A DNA stretch of 64,000 bases from Desulfobacterales bacterium (GTDB lineage Bacteria; Desulfobacterota; Desulfobacteria; Desulfobacterales; UBA5616). The position numbers and the translations under genes are program-made. The stretch covers positions 32,001-96,000 of the forward strand of contig JAWODC010000044.1 in assembly GCA_046483495.1 (NCBI GenBank), written 5' to 3'. Shown in pieces: positions 29,680 through 39,253 of the stretch (the stretch's first letter is position 1; every line of letters begins with the position of its first letter). The notes beneath the pieces were generated by a model. The model saw only the letters and a list, made by a program, of their open reading frames with translations. It had not been told where the DNA came from and did no database searches.

Positions 29680-30579
29680 CTATCTGTCTCTGTTGATAAT
29701 GTAAGTTGCGATTTCCCTCAGGGGAAGGGCACGTGTACCAAAATCATCAATCGTATTCAAGGCATTGTCGATTAAATCGCGTGCAAACCGCCGGGCGGCA
29801 TCCACACCGCCCAGAATCACGGGATAGGTGCATTTTTCGACGGCGGCATCCGTCCCGACCGATTTCCCCATCCGGTTGGGGTCGCCTTCGATATTCAGAA
29901 TGTCGTCTGTCACCTGGAACGCCAGTCCGATCTGTCTGCCGTAGGCTTTCAAGGCGGAAATCCGGTCTTCATCGCCGCCGGCAAGGATGGCTCCCGCCGC
30001 AACGGAAGCCTCGATCAGCGCCCCGGTTTTCAAGCGGTGCATATGTTCCAGCTCGGACCGGCAAAGCCGCTTTCCTTCATTGCCGATATCCAGCATTTGG
30101 CCCTGAACCATGCCGCCGGCACCCGCAGCCGATGCAATTAAACGGATCAATTGAACCTGCCGTCCCGGCGTTACGACACCACTTAGACCGGGATCCGACA
30201 AGACCTCAAAGGCGAGGGTTAACAGGGCATCTCCCGCCAGAATAGCGGTGGCGTCATCGAATTTTACGTGACAGGTGGGTTTTCCCCTTCGCAAGTCGTC
30301 ATTGTCCATGGCCGGAAGATCGTCATGAATCAGGGAATAGGTGTGAATCAATTCCAGGCTGCAGGCGGGATTGAGAAGGTCTTCAAACCGGCGGTCCTTC
30401 TCTAAAGCATCCGCTGCGGCAAGGCAGAGGATCGGCCGTATTCGTTTTCCGCCCGCGGTCAGTGAATAGTGCATGGCATCGCCCAATCGGCCGGAAGGAA
30501 CGAATGCCGCAATGATATGATGCAGCGCCCGGTCGATCCGGTTTTTGCGGTTCGCCAGGTAGTTTTTTAAATCGAACAT
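29680..30579 (-). CDS. ispA: Farnesyl/geranylgeranyl diphosphate synthase
   Basis: GGKRIRP, SLIHDDLPAMDNDDLRRG, GQMLD, KTGALI, FQVTDDIL; start placed at MFDLK. Confidence 0.95.
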   Translation of the reverse strand: MFDLKNYLANRKNRIDRALHHIIAAFVPSGRLGDAMHYSLTAGGKRIRPILCLAAADALEKDRRFEDLLNPACSLELIHTYSLIHDDLPAMDNDDLRRGKPTCHVKFDDATAILAGDALLTLAFEVLSDPGLSGVVTPGRQVQLIRLIASAAGAGGMVQGQMLDIGNEGKRLCRSELEHMHRLKTGALIEASVAAGAILAGGDEDRISALKAYGRQIGLAFQVTDDILNIEGDPNRMGKSVGTDAAVEKCTYPVILGGVDAARRFARDLIDNALNTIDDFGTRALPLREIATYIINRDR

Positions 30580-30661
30580 ATAGGACCCGGAATTTTCGTT
30601 TATTTTGCCGGGGATAAGCCGGCGGTAATCATCACCCAACGCGCTGTAAGGCAAACACCGC

Positions 30662-30901
30662 TCATTCGACTTCTCCAATTTCGTCCGAAAAGGGTTTTTC
30701 CGTAATGCATCCTTTCGCATCCTTCAGCAGCAGATTGATCTTTTTTTCCGTCTCATCCAGGAGGCCGGAACAGAATTTGGACAGCGCCATGCCTTCTTCA
30801 AATTTTTGAATGGCCTTTTCGAGGGGCAGGTCACTGGACTCCAGCTCATGTATAATCTGTTCCAGTTCTTTCATACTTTCTTCAAACGTTTTCTTTGCCA
30901 T
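30662..30901 (-). CDS. xseB: Exodeoxyribonuclease VII small subunit
   Basis: FEESMKELEQII..LE..LPLE..I..FEEG..L...C...L; lies between xseA and ispA. Confidence 0.95.
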   Translation of the reverse strand: MAKKTFEESMKELEQIIHELESSDLPLEKAIQKFEEGMALSKFCSGLLDETEKKINLLLKDAKGCITEKPFSDEIGEVE

Positions 30902-32258
30902 CGGCCGACTTCCTTTCGACACGGCATGTCAACATGCCTTTTGCCAGTACGATTTCAAGTTGCTGATCAACCGCCACCTCATTTTCATCACGAACCACCC
31001 GGGCATCCGGAATGGTTCGCGTAATGCTGTATCCGCGCTGCAGGATCGACTTGGGGTCGAGGGATTTGAGCCGGGTGTCGCATTCACGAATTTCCCGCCA
31101 TTTTGATTGGTATATATTTGCCATTTGTTTCAATAACTGATGTTCTAATTGATGACGTTCATCCTTGGCCTTTGCAACCCGCAGCAGCGGGGTCTTCGAC
31201 ATCAGCGAATCGTGGCGCCAGCGGCATCTTTCCCGGCGTTGCCGCATGTCCCTGATCATGATGTGCACCAGACGAATCGTCAGATCATCGAGCCTCAACC
31301 GGTTGTCATCCACTCTTTTTTTGGGATCCGCAATGCGCTTTGCAAGCTCTTTCACGATCTGACGTTTCTTCTCGATATACCTGTACATACCACGATTTAT
31401 GACCAATGTCAGATCTGAAATGCGATCGGCCAGACGCACTTTTTCAGGAACCGCGAGCTCCGCGGCGGCGGACGGCGTGGGGGCTCTCAGGTCCGCGACA
31501 AAGTCCGAGATGGTCACATCCACCTCATGGCCGACCGCCGATATAACGGGTATGGCAGACGCAAATACGGCCCTGGCGACGGCCTCGGAATTGAACGCCT
31601 GTAAATCTTCGAGCGATCCGCCGCCTCGGGCCAGAATGATGACATCCGACAAGCAGCGCCGATTCAGGCTTTCGAGTGCATCGACGATCTGAAACGCCGC
31701 CTCGTCTCCCTGCACCTTTACCGGGAATATATCCAGTTGAACGTTTGGAAACCGGCGGAACAAAATATGAATCACATCATGCACAACCGCCCCGGTAGGC
31801 GAGGTAATCAGTCCGATGCGGCGCGGCAGAAACGGGATGGGCTTTTTGAAGCGGGCGTCGAACAGTCCTTCATCCGACAACCGTCTTTTCAGCTGTTCGA
31901 AGGCGACCTGCAGCGCTCCGATGCCTTTGGGTTCGATATATTCGAAAATGATCTGGTAGGTGCCCCGGGGTTCATATGCGCTGATTCTGCCGAGGCCGAC
32001 AATGGTGATGCCGTCTTCCGGTTTGAAACGAAGCTCGCGGTTTTGCCCGCGGAACATGACGGCGCCGACTTGGCTTCGATCATCCTTCAATGTAAAATAG
32101 TAGTGACCCGAGGCAGGAATTCTGAAGTTTGAAATCTCACCGATAACCCATATAAACGGAAAACGATCTTCGAGTATACGTTTTATCGCGGCGTTGAGTT
32201 CCGAGACCGAAAATATGCGCCGCCCGGAAGACTCGGATTCGCTAAATGCATTCGTCAT
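30882..32258 (-). CDS. xseA: Exodeoxyribonuclease VII large subunit
   Basis: GEISNF, SGHYYFTLKD, RGGGSLEDL, SAVGHEVD, APTPSAAAE, LQRGY. Confidence 0.98.
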   Translation of the reverse strand: MTNAFSESESSGRRIFSVSELNAAIKRILEDRFPFIWVIGEISNFRIPASGHYYFTLKDDRSQVGAVMFRGQNRELRFKPEDGITIVGLGRISAYEPRGTYQIIFEYIEPKGIGALQVAFEQLKRRLSDEGLFDARFKKPIPFLPRRIGLITSPTGAVVHDVIHILFRRFPNVQLDIFPVKVQGDEAAFQIVDALESLNRRCLSDVIILARGGGSLEDLQAFNSEAVARAVFASAIPVISAVGHEVDVTISDFVADLRAPTPSAAAELAVPEKVRLADRISDLTLVINRGMYRYIEKKRQIVKELAKRIADPKKRVDDNRLRLDDLTIRLVHIMIRDMRQRRERCRWRHDSLMSKTPLLRVAKAKDERHQLEHQLLKQMANIYQSKWREIRECDTRLKSLDPKSILQRGYSITRTIPDARVVRDENEVAVDQQLEIVLAKGMLTCRVERKSADGKENV

Positions 32259-32384
32259 AGTCTTACGCTTTTGTCAGGTTACACCAGGATTTTTCATCTA
32301 TCATAGAGATCTTTTGGGTTCAATCGATTTATCCCCCCGCATGCGGATTCTAAAACGTCTGATAATATATATTATGTAAACTTT

Positions 32385-32696
32385 CTACCCTTGGTCATGT
32401 TCAGACCTTTCACGCCGCCCTGCTTTGCGCCGAAACGAGGCGGGGCTCAATACATCCCGAACAGCAGGAACGATGTAAATATCTTCGGTCGGCATATCCC
32501 CGAGGCAGTTCGCCAGAATATCGATCTTGCCGTGAATGCTTTCATGCTTGTCCATGATGAAAACGTTTTTCCCCTTGATTTTGCATAATCCGCTGCCGAC
32601 ATGAATGCCGGTTTTCCGAAGATTCTGCTCCGAAACCGTTATGCCGAGCTTTTCAGCCAAATCCTTTAATTCCATATAGATCTGTTCCGGTTTCAT
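32385..32696 (-). CDS. Hypothetical protein (~103 aa)
   Basis: Clean ORF with GGAG SD before MKPEQ; motifs SGLCKIKG and IYIVPAVR. Confidence 0.7.
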   Translation of the reverse strand: MKPEQIYMELKDLAEKLGITVSEQNLRKTGIHVGSGLCKIKGKNVFIMDKHESIHGKIDILANCLGDMPTEDIYIVPAVRDVLSPASFRRKAGRRERSEHDQG

Positions 32697-32809
32697 ACGG
32701 CTCCACCTATCGTTTGATCTGTTTATCACATCGGAAGCAAACTGTACAACAGTCATTTAGACAGACAACACACCCTTCCAAGTACACTTCATATATAACG
32801 GCTTTTTGC

Positions 32810-32837
32810 TTGAATTGCGGAATTTATGTGCTATATT
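32810..32837 (+). promoter_or_regulatory. Putative sigma70 promoter (extended -10) for the YccA-family gene
   Basis: TTGAAT-N16-TATATT with TG one base upstream of the -10. Confidence 0.45.
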
Positions 32838-32921
32838 GGCCGACAAATTATCGGTTTTTACTGACCGGATCAATAGTTGAATGAGTTGCCGTAAATATTA
32901 AACCTATTGGAGGAGGTTTCA

Positions 32922-33623
32922 ATGGAGTCGCTTTCTGCTCGTCAATCACAGACGCAGGTATTGGTAAACAGCTTTATTCGAAGCGTCTACAACTGGATGG
33001 CGTTGGGATTGGGGCTTACCGCCCTCGTGGCTTTCTACGTTGCCAATACGGAGTCTCTGACCCGGATCATATACAGCAATCCCATCGTGCTGTTCGGATT
33101 GATAATCGCAGAGCTGGCGCTGGTATTTACGATCAGCGCGCGCGTTCAGCGAATGAAGGCGTCTACCGCCACCGGGCTGTTCATATTGTATGCAGCATTG
33201 AACGGCGCCACTCTGTCCTTCATTTTCCTGGTTTACACGGCGGCGTCGATCACCTCGACATTCGTCGTTTGTGCCGGAACATTTTTGGCGTGCAGCATTT
33301 ACGGCATGACGACGCAACGTGACCTGACATCCCTTGGCGGATTTCTCTTCATGGGGCTTATCGGGATTATCATTGCATCGGTCGTGAATATGTTTATTCG
33401 AAGTTCCGGCATGACCATGATCATCAGTTATATCGGTGTCTTTGTGTTTGTCGGTTTAACCGCCTATGATACGCAGAGGCTAAAAAATATGGCCCTGACC
33501 CAGCCTGAAGGCCTGGAAGCCGGCGTCATCAGAAAAGGCGCGATTTTAGGCGCTTTGAGCCTGTACCTGGATTTTATCAACCTCTTTTTAATGCTGCTGC
33601 GAATCCTGGGGAACAGAGAATAA
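32922..33623 (+). CDS. Bax inhibitor-1/YccA family membrane protein
   Basis: Multiple hydrophobic segments, VYNWMALGL, GLTAYDTQ, ALSLYLDFINLF; GGAGGAGG SD. Confidence 0.93.
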   Translation: MESLSARQSQTQVLVNSFIRSVYNWMALGLGLTALVAFYVANTESLTRIIYSNPIVLFGLIIAELALVFTISARVQRMKASTATGLFILYAALNGATLSFIFLVYTAASITSTFVVCAGTFLACSIYGMTTQRDLTSLGGFLFMGLIGIIIASVVNMFIRSSGMTMIISYIGVFVFVGLTAYDTQRLKNMALTQPEGLEAGVIRKGAILGALSLYLDFINLFLMLLRILGNRE

Positions 33624-33659
33624 CTTTTTTTCCATTCACGGCGTTTTTGCAGACGAATT

Positions 33660-33686
33660 AACCCGGTGCTCGGCACCGGGTTTTTT
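33660..33686 (+). terminator. Rho-independent terminator
   Basis: aacccggtgc-tcg-gcaccgggtt followed by a T-run, between convergent yccA-like and glmM genes. Confidence 0.85.
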
Positions 33687-33693
33687 GTTTTCG

Positions 33694-35049
33694 TTATCGG
33701 ATCCCCAACTTTTTTGTGATCACTTCGACGATTTCACCGGCATACGCTTCTATCTGCACTTTCGAGGGCCCCTCCACCATAACCCGGCACAGCGGCCGGG
33801 TTCCGGAATACCGCACGAGCACCCGCCCTGTGTCCCCGAGTTTTTTTTCAACGGAGCTGATTGCGGCTCGAATATCCGGATCCGCCGAAAGATCCGGCTT
33901 TCCCGTTACCTGCACATTGACCAGGACCTGCGGAAATACCGTCAAGAGCAGCGTCAGTTCAGACAACGGCTTAGTTTCATGGCGCATCGCCTCCAACAGC
34001 TTTAACGCCGTCAGAATGCCGTCTCCTGTGGTGTGATGGTCCAAAAAAACCATGTGACCGGAATCTTCACCTCCGATAATCGAGCCCTCGGCAATCATTT
34101 TTTCTACCACCTGCCGGTCTCCGACATCGGTCATCAGGTGCCGTATCCCCAATTCCTGCAGGGCGATGCCAAGCCCCACATTGCTCATCACCGTGGTCAC
34201 CGCCACGCTGTTTTTCAGCCTGTTTTTCACTTTCATCAGTTTGGCGCAAACGGCCAGAATAGCATCCCCGGACACTTTTTTCCCATGTTCATCCACTGCG
34301 ATAAGGCGATCACCGTCCCCGTCAAAAGCGAGCCCCACGTCAGCCCCCGATTCCAGAACTTTTTCGATCACGTGGTGCGGGTGCTGCGATCCGCAATCCG
34401 CGTTGATATTGCGGCCGTCCGGGCTTATAAACAACGGGATGACCGACGCCCCCAAGCGTTCGAACATTTTCGGTGCAACCCGATAGGTGGCGCCGTTTGA
34501 ACAGTCCATCACGATTTTCATGCCGGATAGCGAGAAATCGGCAGGTACAACGCTTCGCAAAAAATCAAGGTAATGGTCCTCGGCATTCGGCGGAATTGAA
34601 ACGGCTCCCATTTCTTCGTTCAGAGCGGATAAAATGTCATCGTATCGGTTTAACAGCAGGTCTTCGAAATCGGCTTCGGTTGTATCGGACAGTTTAAATC
34701 CCCGATGATTGAAGATCTTGATGCCGTTGTCGATAAACGGATTGTGGGAAGCGGAGATCATTATCCCGGCAGCGGCATTCGCAGCTGATGTGAAAAAGGC
34801 CACCGCCGGCGTCGGCATCACGCCCACATACTGGACATCCATCCCCATCGAACAGATTCCGGATATGAGGGCATAGGCGATCATTTCGCTGGAAATCCGG
34901 GTATCCTGACCAACAACAATGCTTTTTTTTTCATCTTGGGAACCGAACATGAAGGCGGCCGTTCTGCCTACTTTAAGGGCCGTTTCCGCCGTAATCGGAT
35001 ATTGATTCGCCCTCCCCCGTATTCCATCGGTACCGAATAGTTTTCCCAT
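33694..35049 (-). CDS. glmM: Phosphoglucosamine mutase
   Basis: LFGTDGIRG, ISASHNP, FDGDGDR, GGEDSGH, VRYSGT. Confidence 0.96.
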   Translation of the reverse strand: MGKLFGTDGIRGRANQYPITAETALKVGRTAAFMFGSQDEKKSIVVGQDTRISSEMIAYALISGICSMGMDVQYVGVMPTPAVAFFTSAANAAAGIMISASHNPFIDNGIKIFNHRGFKLSDTTEADFEDLLLNRYDDILSALNEEMGAVSIPPNAEDHYLDFLRSVVPADFSLSGMKIVMDCSNGATYRVAPKMFERLGASVIPLFISPDGRNINADCGSQHPHHVIEKVLESGADVGLAFDGDGDRLIAVDEHGKKVSGDAILAVCAKLMKVKNRLKNSVAVTTVMSNVGLGIALQELGIRHLMTDVGDRQVVEKMIAEGSIIGGEDSGHMVFLDHHTTGDGILTALKLLEAMRHETKPLSELTLLLTVFPQVLVNVQVTGKPDLSADPDIRAAISSVEKKLGDTGRVLVRYSGTRPLCRVMVEGPSKVQIEAYAGEIVEVITKKLGIR

Positions 35050-36335
35050 TAAGTCGTTTTCTCCACCTTGACAGCGCCGCCGTCAGTCCCAAAGGAGGGA
35101 ATATGGCAAAGGATGCCGTTTATGTTCGACGTGACGATCGAATCGAGCCACTGTGATCCCAGTTCCGCACCATCCTTATCAAGCTCACGAATCACATCGA
35201 GATATCGGGGCCCTTTTCTGCGGATGGCGGAATCGAGTTTGGTTTCGAACGCCGCCTTTAATGACAATTCTCCGAGATTGCCGCCCTGCCGGATCATTTC
35301 CTCTTCCAATTCCGGCCACTTGGAAAATACTTCATATTTCTGATGAATGAGCCGCTCATTCGCGTTCCGGAATGCGGCCCGGTATCGATCGGCGGAATCG
35401 GGGAGTTTCATGCAAAACTGCTTGAACCGTTTGATGCGTTCGTCGATATTGATATCCAGCGTCCTGATGAGCCCCCGGTGGAGTTCCTCGTCGAACGAGG
35501 GTCCGATGAACCGCCGCCGTATGTGCTCGTACCACTGGAGCAGCGCATTTAGACTGGCGATGTAAACGATATTGTTGGTGACGATGCGTTTTATGTTGCG
35601 GTAAACGCCTTCGGGGGGGCGTGGTGTATTCCCTCCTTTTTGCGGTCCCCCGAAAATGAAGCGTCCGCTCCTCATTTCGTCTTTTCTGCAAATCGTTCCG
35701 GCGGCGATAACGGTTCCAAACGCCAGCCGGCAGGGACCGACAAGCCCCCCCTGCCCTCCGAGGAATATGGGCGGCTGATTCAGCATGACTCCGCGAGGAA
35801 CATCCCCCAACAAAGAGGGTGTGGCTTTGTCCTGATTGGGGGTATAATTGAAATGAATATAAGCGCTTCCCACTTCACTGTGATTCTTTCGGTCGGTACC
35901 GCCGGACATGAGACAGTCGCAAAAATTGATAAGGCTTCCGAGTGTAACGAACGGGAAAAGAATGGTCTGTTTCAGCCCCACGGTATGGGCGATGACGGCC
36001 TGTTCCTCCATGATGGTGCCTTCGCGCACATGGGCACCGGATCCTGCGGAAGACCCCTCCAGAAAACAGGATTTTTGAAAGAAACCGCCTTTCAGAGAAA
36101 CGCCGGATCCGATAAAACAGCTGTCAATGGTCACCGGAGCCTCGATTCCCAGGCTCACCCCGTTCGCTATTTGCGTTTGAGCGCCGAAAAGTTTACATCC
36201 GGAATGAATGGTGACGTTGTCACCCGAAATCCGATTCGGATCGATTTCTTCTCCGACTTCGACACTCTCCGGGTTCGGCATGTTTACGCCCCTGATGATC
36301 AGGAGCTCCTTTTTTGAAATTGCATGTGATGCCAT
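35049..36335 (-). CDS. GlmU-like hexapeptide-repeat acyltransferase lacking the pyrophosphorylase domain
   Basis: Left-handed beta-helix repeats, GAHVREGT (cf. GlmU GPFAHLRPG), HFNY; TAATG coupling to glmM. Confidence 0.7.
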   Translation of the reverse strand: MASHAISKKELLIIRGVNMPNPESVEVGEEIDPNRISGDNVTIHSGCKLFGAQTQIANGVSLGIEAPVTIDSCFIGSGVSLKGGFFQKSCFLEGSSAGSGAHVREGTIMEEQAVIAHTVGLKQTILFPFVTLGSLINFCDCLMSGGTDRKNHSEVGSAYIHFNYTPNQDKATPSLLGDVPRGVMLNQPPIFLGGQGGLVGPCRLAFGTVIAAGTICRKDEMRSGRFIFGGPQKGGNTPRPPEGVYRNIKRIVTNNIVYIASLNALLQWYEHIRRRFIGPSFDEELHRGLIRTLDINIDERIKRFKQFCMKLPDSADRYRAAFRNANERLIHQKYEVFSKWPELEEEMIRQGGNLGELSLKAAFETKLDSAIRRKGPRYLDVIRELDKDGAELGSQWLDSIVTSNINGILCHIPSFGTDGGAVKVEKTT

Positions 36336-36441
36336 ATGATTATCCGTACGAAAATGCTTATGATCCGGACTGCCGGGGTTTCAGAACGTCAAGGGATCAT
36401 AGCAAATATCGTCAAATCGGGCAAACAGATTTGTTCGATGA

Positions 36442-36583
36442 AGTGTCCATCCGGAGAGAAAATTCGATTCCATTCAAGGCGGCCGGGAAATATTAACCGC
36501 AGGAATACATTAAGTATCTTGAGGATTGAAATTTCCCGGCCGATGCCGAGATGGAGCCAATCAGCCGTTTCCGGATAAGCACT
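36442..36583. repeat. ~142-bp imperfect palindromic element (MITE/REP-like)
   Basis: Termini agtg..atccgga / tccggat..cact; inner 12-bp inverted repeat cggccgggaaat / atttcccggccg; related ends at 17005, 21165 and 59833. Confidence 0.75.
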
Positions 36584-36705
36584 GAACAAATAAGCCGTAT
36601 TGATTTACAGGCTCAACTATATTAATTTAAAATATGTTTCTTTCCTAATCGGATAGCCGGACAGTGTTAATTTAAAATTATAAACCGTTTGGATCAGGAG
36701 GCGAT

Positions 36706-37152
36706 ATGGCCATCGAACACATCGTTTGTTGCACGGATTTTTCTGAAAACGCCCTGACCGCTTTTGACATGGCCCTTGAAATGGCGGAAAAGTACCGGGC
36801 TCGTCTGACCGTTCTTCACGTCGTGCCCGTCCCGACCAACCCGCTTATGGTCGAATCCGAATGGGTCTTTCCGGACCGTCCCAATGAGGCGATAACCCTG
36901 AAGATTCAAAAAAGAATGGAGGAAGATTACGCCGGCAGAATCCCCGCGCATATCACCCACAGCCTGGTTATCCGGGACGGACACGTGTCTTCCGAAATTT
37001 TGCAGTATTTACAGGAAAATCAAGTGGATTTGGTTGTGGTTGGATCCTATGGACTTACCGGAATGGAACTTGTCGTTTTCGGCAGTGTTGCCAAGCGGAT
37101 CGCCCATAAGGCGCCCTGCTCCGTGTTGGTCGCACGGCATTCGAGGCAATGA
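36706..37152 (+). CDS. Universal stress protein
   Basis: IVCCTDFSENA, LHVV, DLVVVGSYG, FGSVAKRIAHKAPCSVLV; AGGAGG SD. Confidence 0.95.
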   Translation: MAIEHIVCCTDFSENALTAFDMALEMAEKYRARLTVLHVVPVPTNPLMVESEWVFPDRPNEAITLKIQKRMEEDYAGRIPAHITHSLVIRDGHVSSEILQYLQENQVDLVVVGSYGLTGMELVVFGSVAKRIAHKAPCSVLVARHSRQ

Positions 37153-37255
37153 CTTTTTGGGTCTTTGATTCGTTTTGGATCGTTTAGATCGTTGGGATCG
37201 TTGATGTTGGCTGAAAGCTAAAGGATCAAGGCTAAAAGACAAAGCGGATCGGGTC

Positions 37256-37303
37256 TTTATTCCCCCCCCATCCCGGCCTTCCCCCTCCAGGGGTGAAGGG
37301 GAG
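37256..37303 (+). repeat. REP-like element, left copy of an inverted pair
   Basis: tttattccccccccatcccggccttccccctccaggggtgaaggggag; near-identical to the reverse complement of 37558-37603. Confidence 0.85.
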
Positions 37304-37557
37304 TTGTTGCGCCGCGAGTCCACTGATCGTTATGCCTTAATTTTCAACAATTAAATAAAAGTGCCGTTCGCTTGCTCACGGTTTGTTTTTTGAACGAATG
37401 TGCTTCGTAAAACGCCGAATGGAGCGAATTAGCCATTTATGATTGGACACTTTGGCACTTAAACGAATTACCCATCATTTTCAAGCGGCGCGAAGCAGCC
37501 GCTTGAACGGACTGCTTAAAATACGGGAAGTGGAATTATTGACGATTGCCGCTACAT

Positions 37558-37603
37558 CTCCCCTTCCCCACCGGAGGGGGAAGGCCGGGATGGGGGGGAT
37601 AAA
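37558..37603 (-). repeat. REP-like element, right copy of an inverted pair
   Basis: ctccccttccccaccggagggggaaggccgggatgggggggataaa. Confidence 0.85.
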
Positions 37604-37731
37604 CAAGGGTCTGCATAAATTAAAGCGCAAGCAAACGCACGCGCCGCTTGACCCGTCATCGTAGACTTGGTATAGGCAACAGCTTCCATGGATTTTTTTC
37701 AAACGCGTACGAAAAGCAAAAGGATACGGAT

Positions 37732-37953
37732 GTGTCGGACAAGAAAAAGGAAACCGTTCTCATTCATGTGAATATCAAGGTGAGCGCCCAAGCGTTGTCC
37801 ACTATTGTCGATGTTTCCAAGAAAATGGCCGGCCGGGATGACAAGGGCCGCATTCAGGTGGATACGGCGGACGCGGTGTCCGCAATCATTTCGCGCTTTT
37901 TAGATGAACGTGATTTCGAGGAATACGTAAAAGACGTTCGAAATTACCGATGA
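37732..37953 (+). CDS. Small hypothetical protein (~73 aa)
   Basis: GTG start after AAAGGA SD; protein-like composition with DTADAVSAIISRFL. Confidence 0.65.
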   Translation: MSDKKKETVLIHVNIKVSAQALSTIVDVSKKMAGRDDKGRIQVDTADAVSAIISRFLDERDFEEYVKDVRNYR

Positions 37954-38050
37954 CCCGGCGGCGAACTGTCGACCGTGCAACCACGAATCGAGCCTTGGCG
38001 GCCGCGGGGCTGATCGGGTGAAGCAAGCGCATCGCAGCTCCCTTCAAACG

Positions 38051-39253
38051 CTAAGGGACATAGGCCTTGTAGAAAACGGCATTCCCTGTGATGCCGTATC
38101 GGATTACACCGGCAGGTATCAGCACGGAATCACCCCCGGTGATCGGCATTCCTTCGTGCCCTTTCGTGGTGCGGATAACCGCCCTCCCCTTCGTACACAG
38201 CAGGATTTCCACATTCCTGTCACGCCCGCTCTCATAGGATGTTCGATCATCCACCTGGATGCACGCCAAAGAAAATTCCGCCGCCGGGCAATCATATACC
38301 GTCGCCGATGGGGTCACGCACCGTGGGACCAGGGGATAAACGGGACCGGAATCAAAGGTCAGTACCTGGATCAGCTCGTTCACATCGATGTGCTTGTTTG
38401 TCAGACCTCCCCGAAGCACATTATCCGAATTGGCCATTACCTCGATAGCGGTTCCTTGCAGGTAAGCGTGAAGCTCACCTGCCGGCAGGTACACGGCCTC
38501 ACCGGGCTGAAGGCACACCAGATTCAGGAAGATCGGGCTCAACACCCCCGCATCTTTCGGGTATTCCCTGTAAAGCCGCCGCATCCATTCCGAAACGGCC
38601 GTTTGGCCGGGATCGTCGGGTGTCCGGGCCACGGCATGTGCGACGAGCGTTTCTTTCCGAGATGCTTCGAGCGCCGTTACCCTTTCGAACATATATTTCA
38701 ACGCCTCCCGGCTTTCCCTCATCAAAAGAACATGTTTGACATCATCGAATTCGTCGGGGAAAAAGATATCGAAATTTTTGAGGATTTCCGGGACAGGCCG
38801 AAAGCCCTTTAAGGCCCGGAACGGCGTCAGCGCACAGAGGCATTCGGGCTTATGGTTGTTATCTTTGTAGTTTCGATGCACGGCATCGATGGGAATGCGG
38901 TGCCGATTCTCCCGCTTGAATCCCGTTTCGGCCTGCATACGGTTTGGATGGGCCTGGATTGACAACGGCTTTTCGGCGGCAAGGATTTTGAATAAAAAAG
39001 GCAGTGTTCGGCCGAACCGCTGCACGGCGGATGCCCCTAAGATCTCCTGGGGATAACGATCGATGAGATCCGGAAGTGACGCCCAATTTTTCCGCCACAA
39101 CACCATGGACGGGGCTTTTGGATGCGCCCCCATCCAGAGTTCAGCCTGAGGGACGTCTGAAGGCGCTTTTTTCCCCATGAGTTCGGGAATAGCCGTACGT
39201 GATCCCCAGGCATAGTCCATGATGCTGTTTTTCAGCCGACACACGGATATCAT
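38051..39253 (-). CDS. manA: Mannose-6-phosphate isomerase, class I
   Basis: YAWGS, AELWMGAHP, LPFLFKIL, LSIQAHP, YKDNNHKPE, HAYLQG, MANSDNVLRGGLT. Confidence 0.97.
   Translation of the reverse strand: MISVCRLKNSIMDYAWGSRTAIPELMGKKAPSDVPQAELWMGAHPKAPSMVLWRKNWASLPDLIDRYPQEILGASAVQRFGRTLPFLFKILAAEKPLSIQAHPNRMQAETGFKRENRHRIPIDAVHRNYKDNNHKPECLCALTPFRALKGFRPVPEILKNFDIFFPDEFDDVKHVLLMRESREALKYMFERVTALEASRKETLVAHAVARTPDDPGQTAVSEWMRRLYREYPKDAGVLSPIFLNLVCLQPGEAVYLPAGELHAYLQGTAIEVMANSDNVLRGGLTNKHIDVNELIQVLTFDSGPVYPLVPRCVTPSATVYDCPAAEFSLACIQVDDRTSYESGRDRNVEILLCTKGRAVIRTTKGHEGMPITGGDSVLIPAGVIRYGITGNAVFYKAYVP

Noticed and set aside
37150..37650. CRISPR array or short ORFs (37009-37323, 37443-37664, 37481-37702)
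   Set aside because: The repeats are inverted or microsatellite-like with no repeat-spacer periodicity; the ORFs are translations of the repeats.
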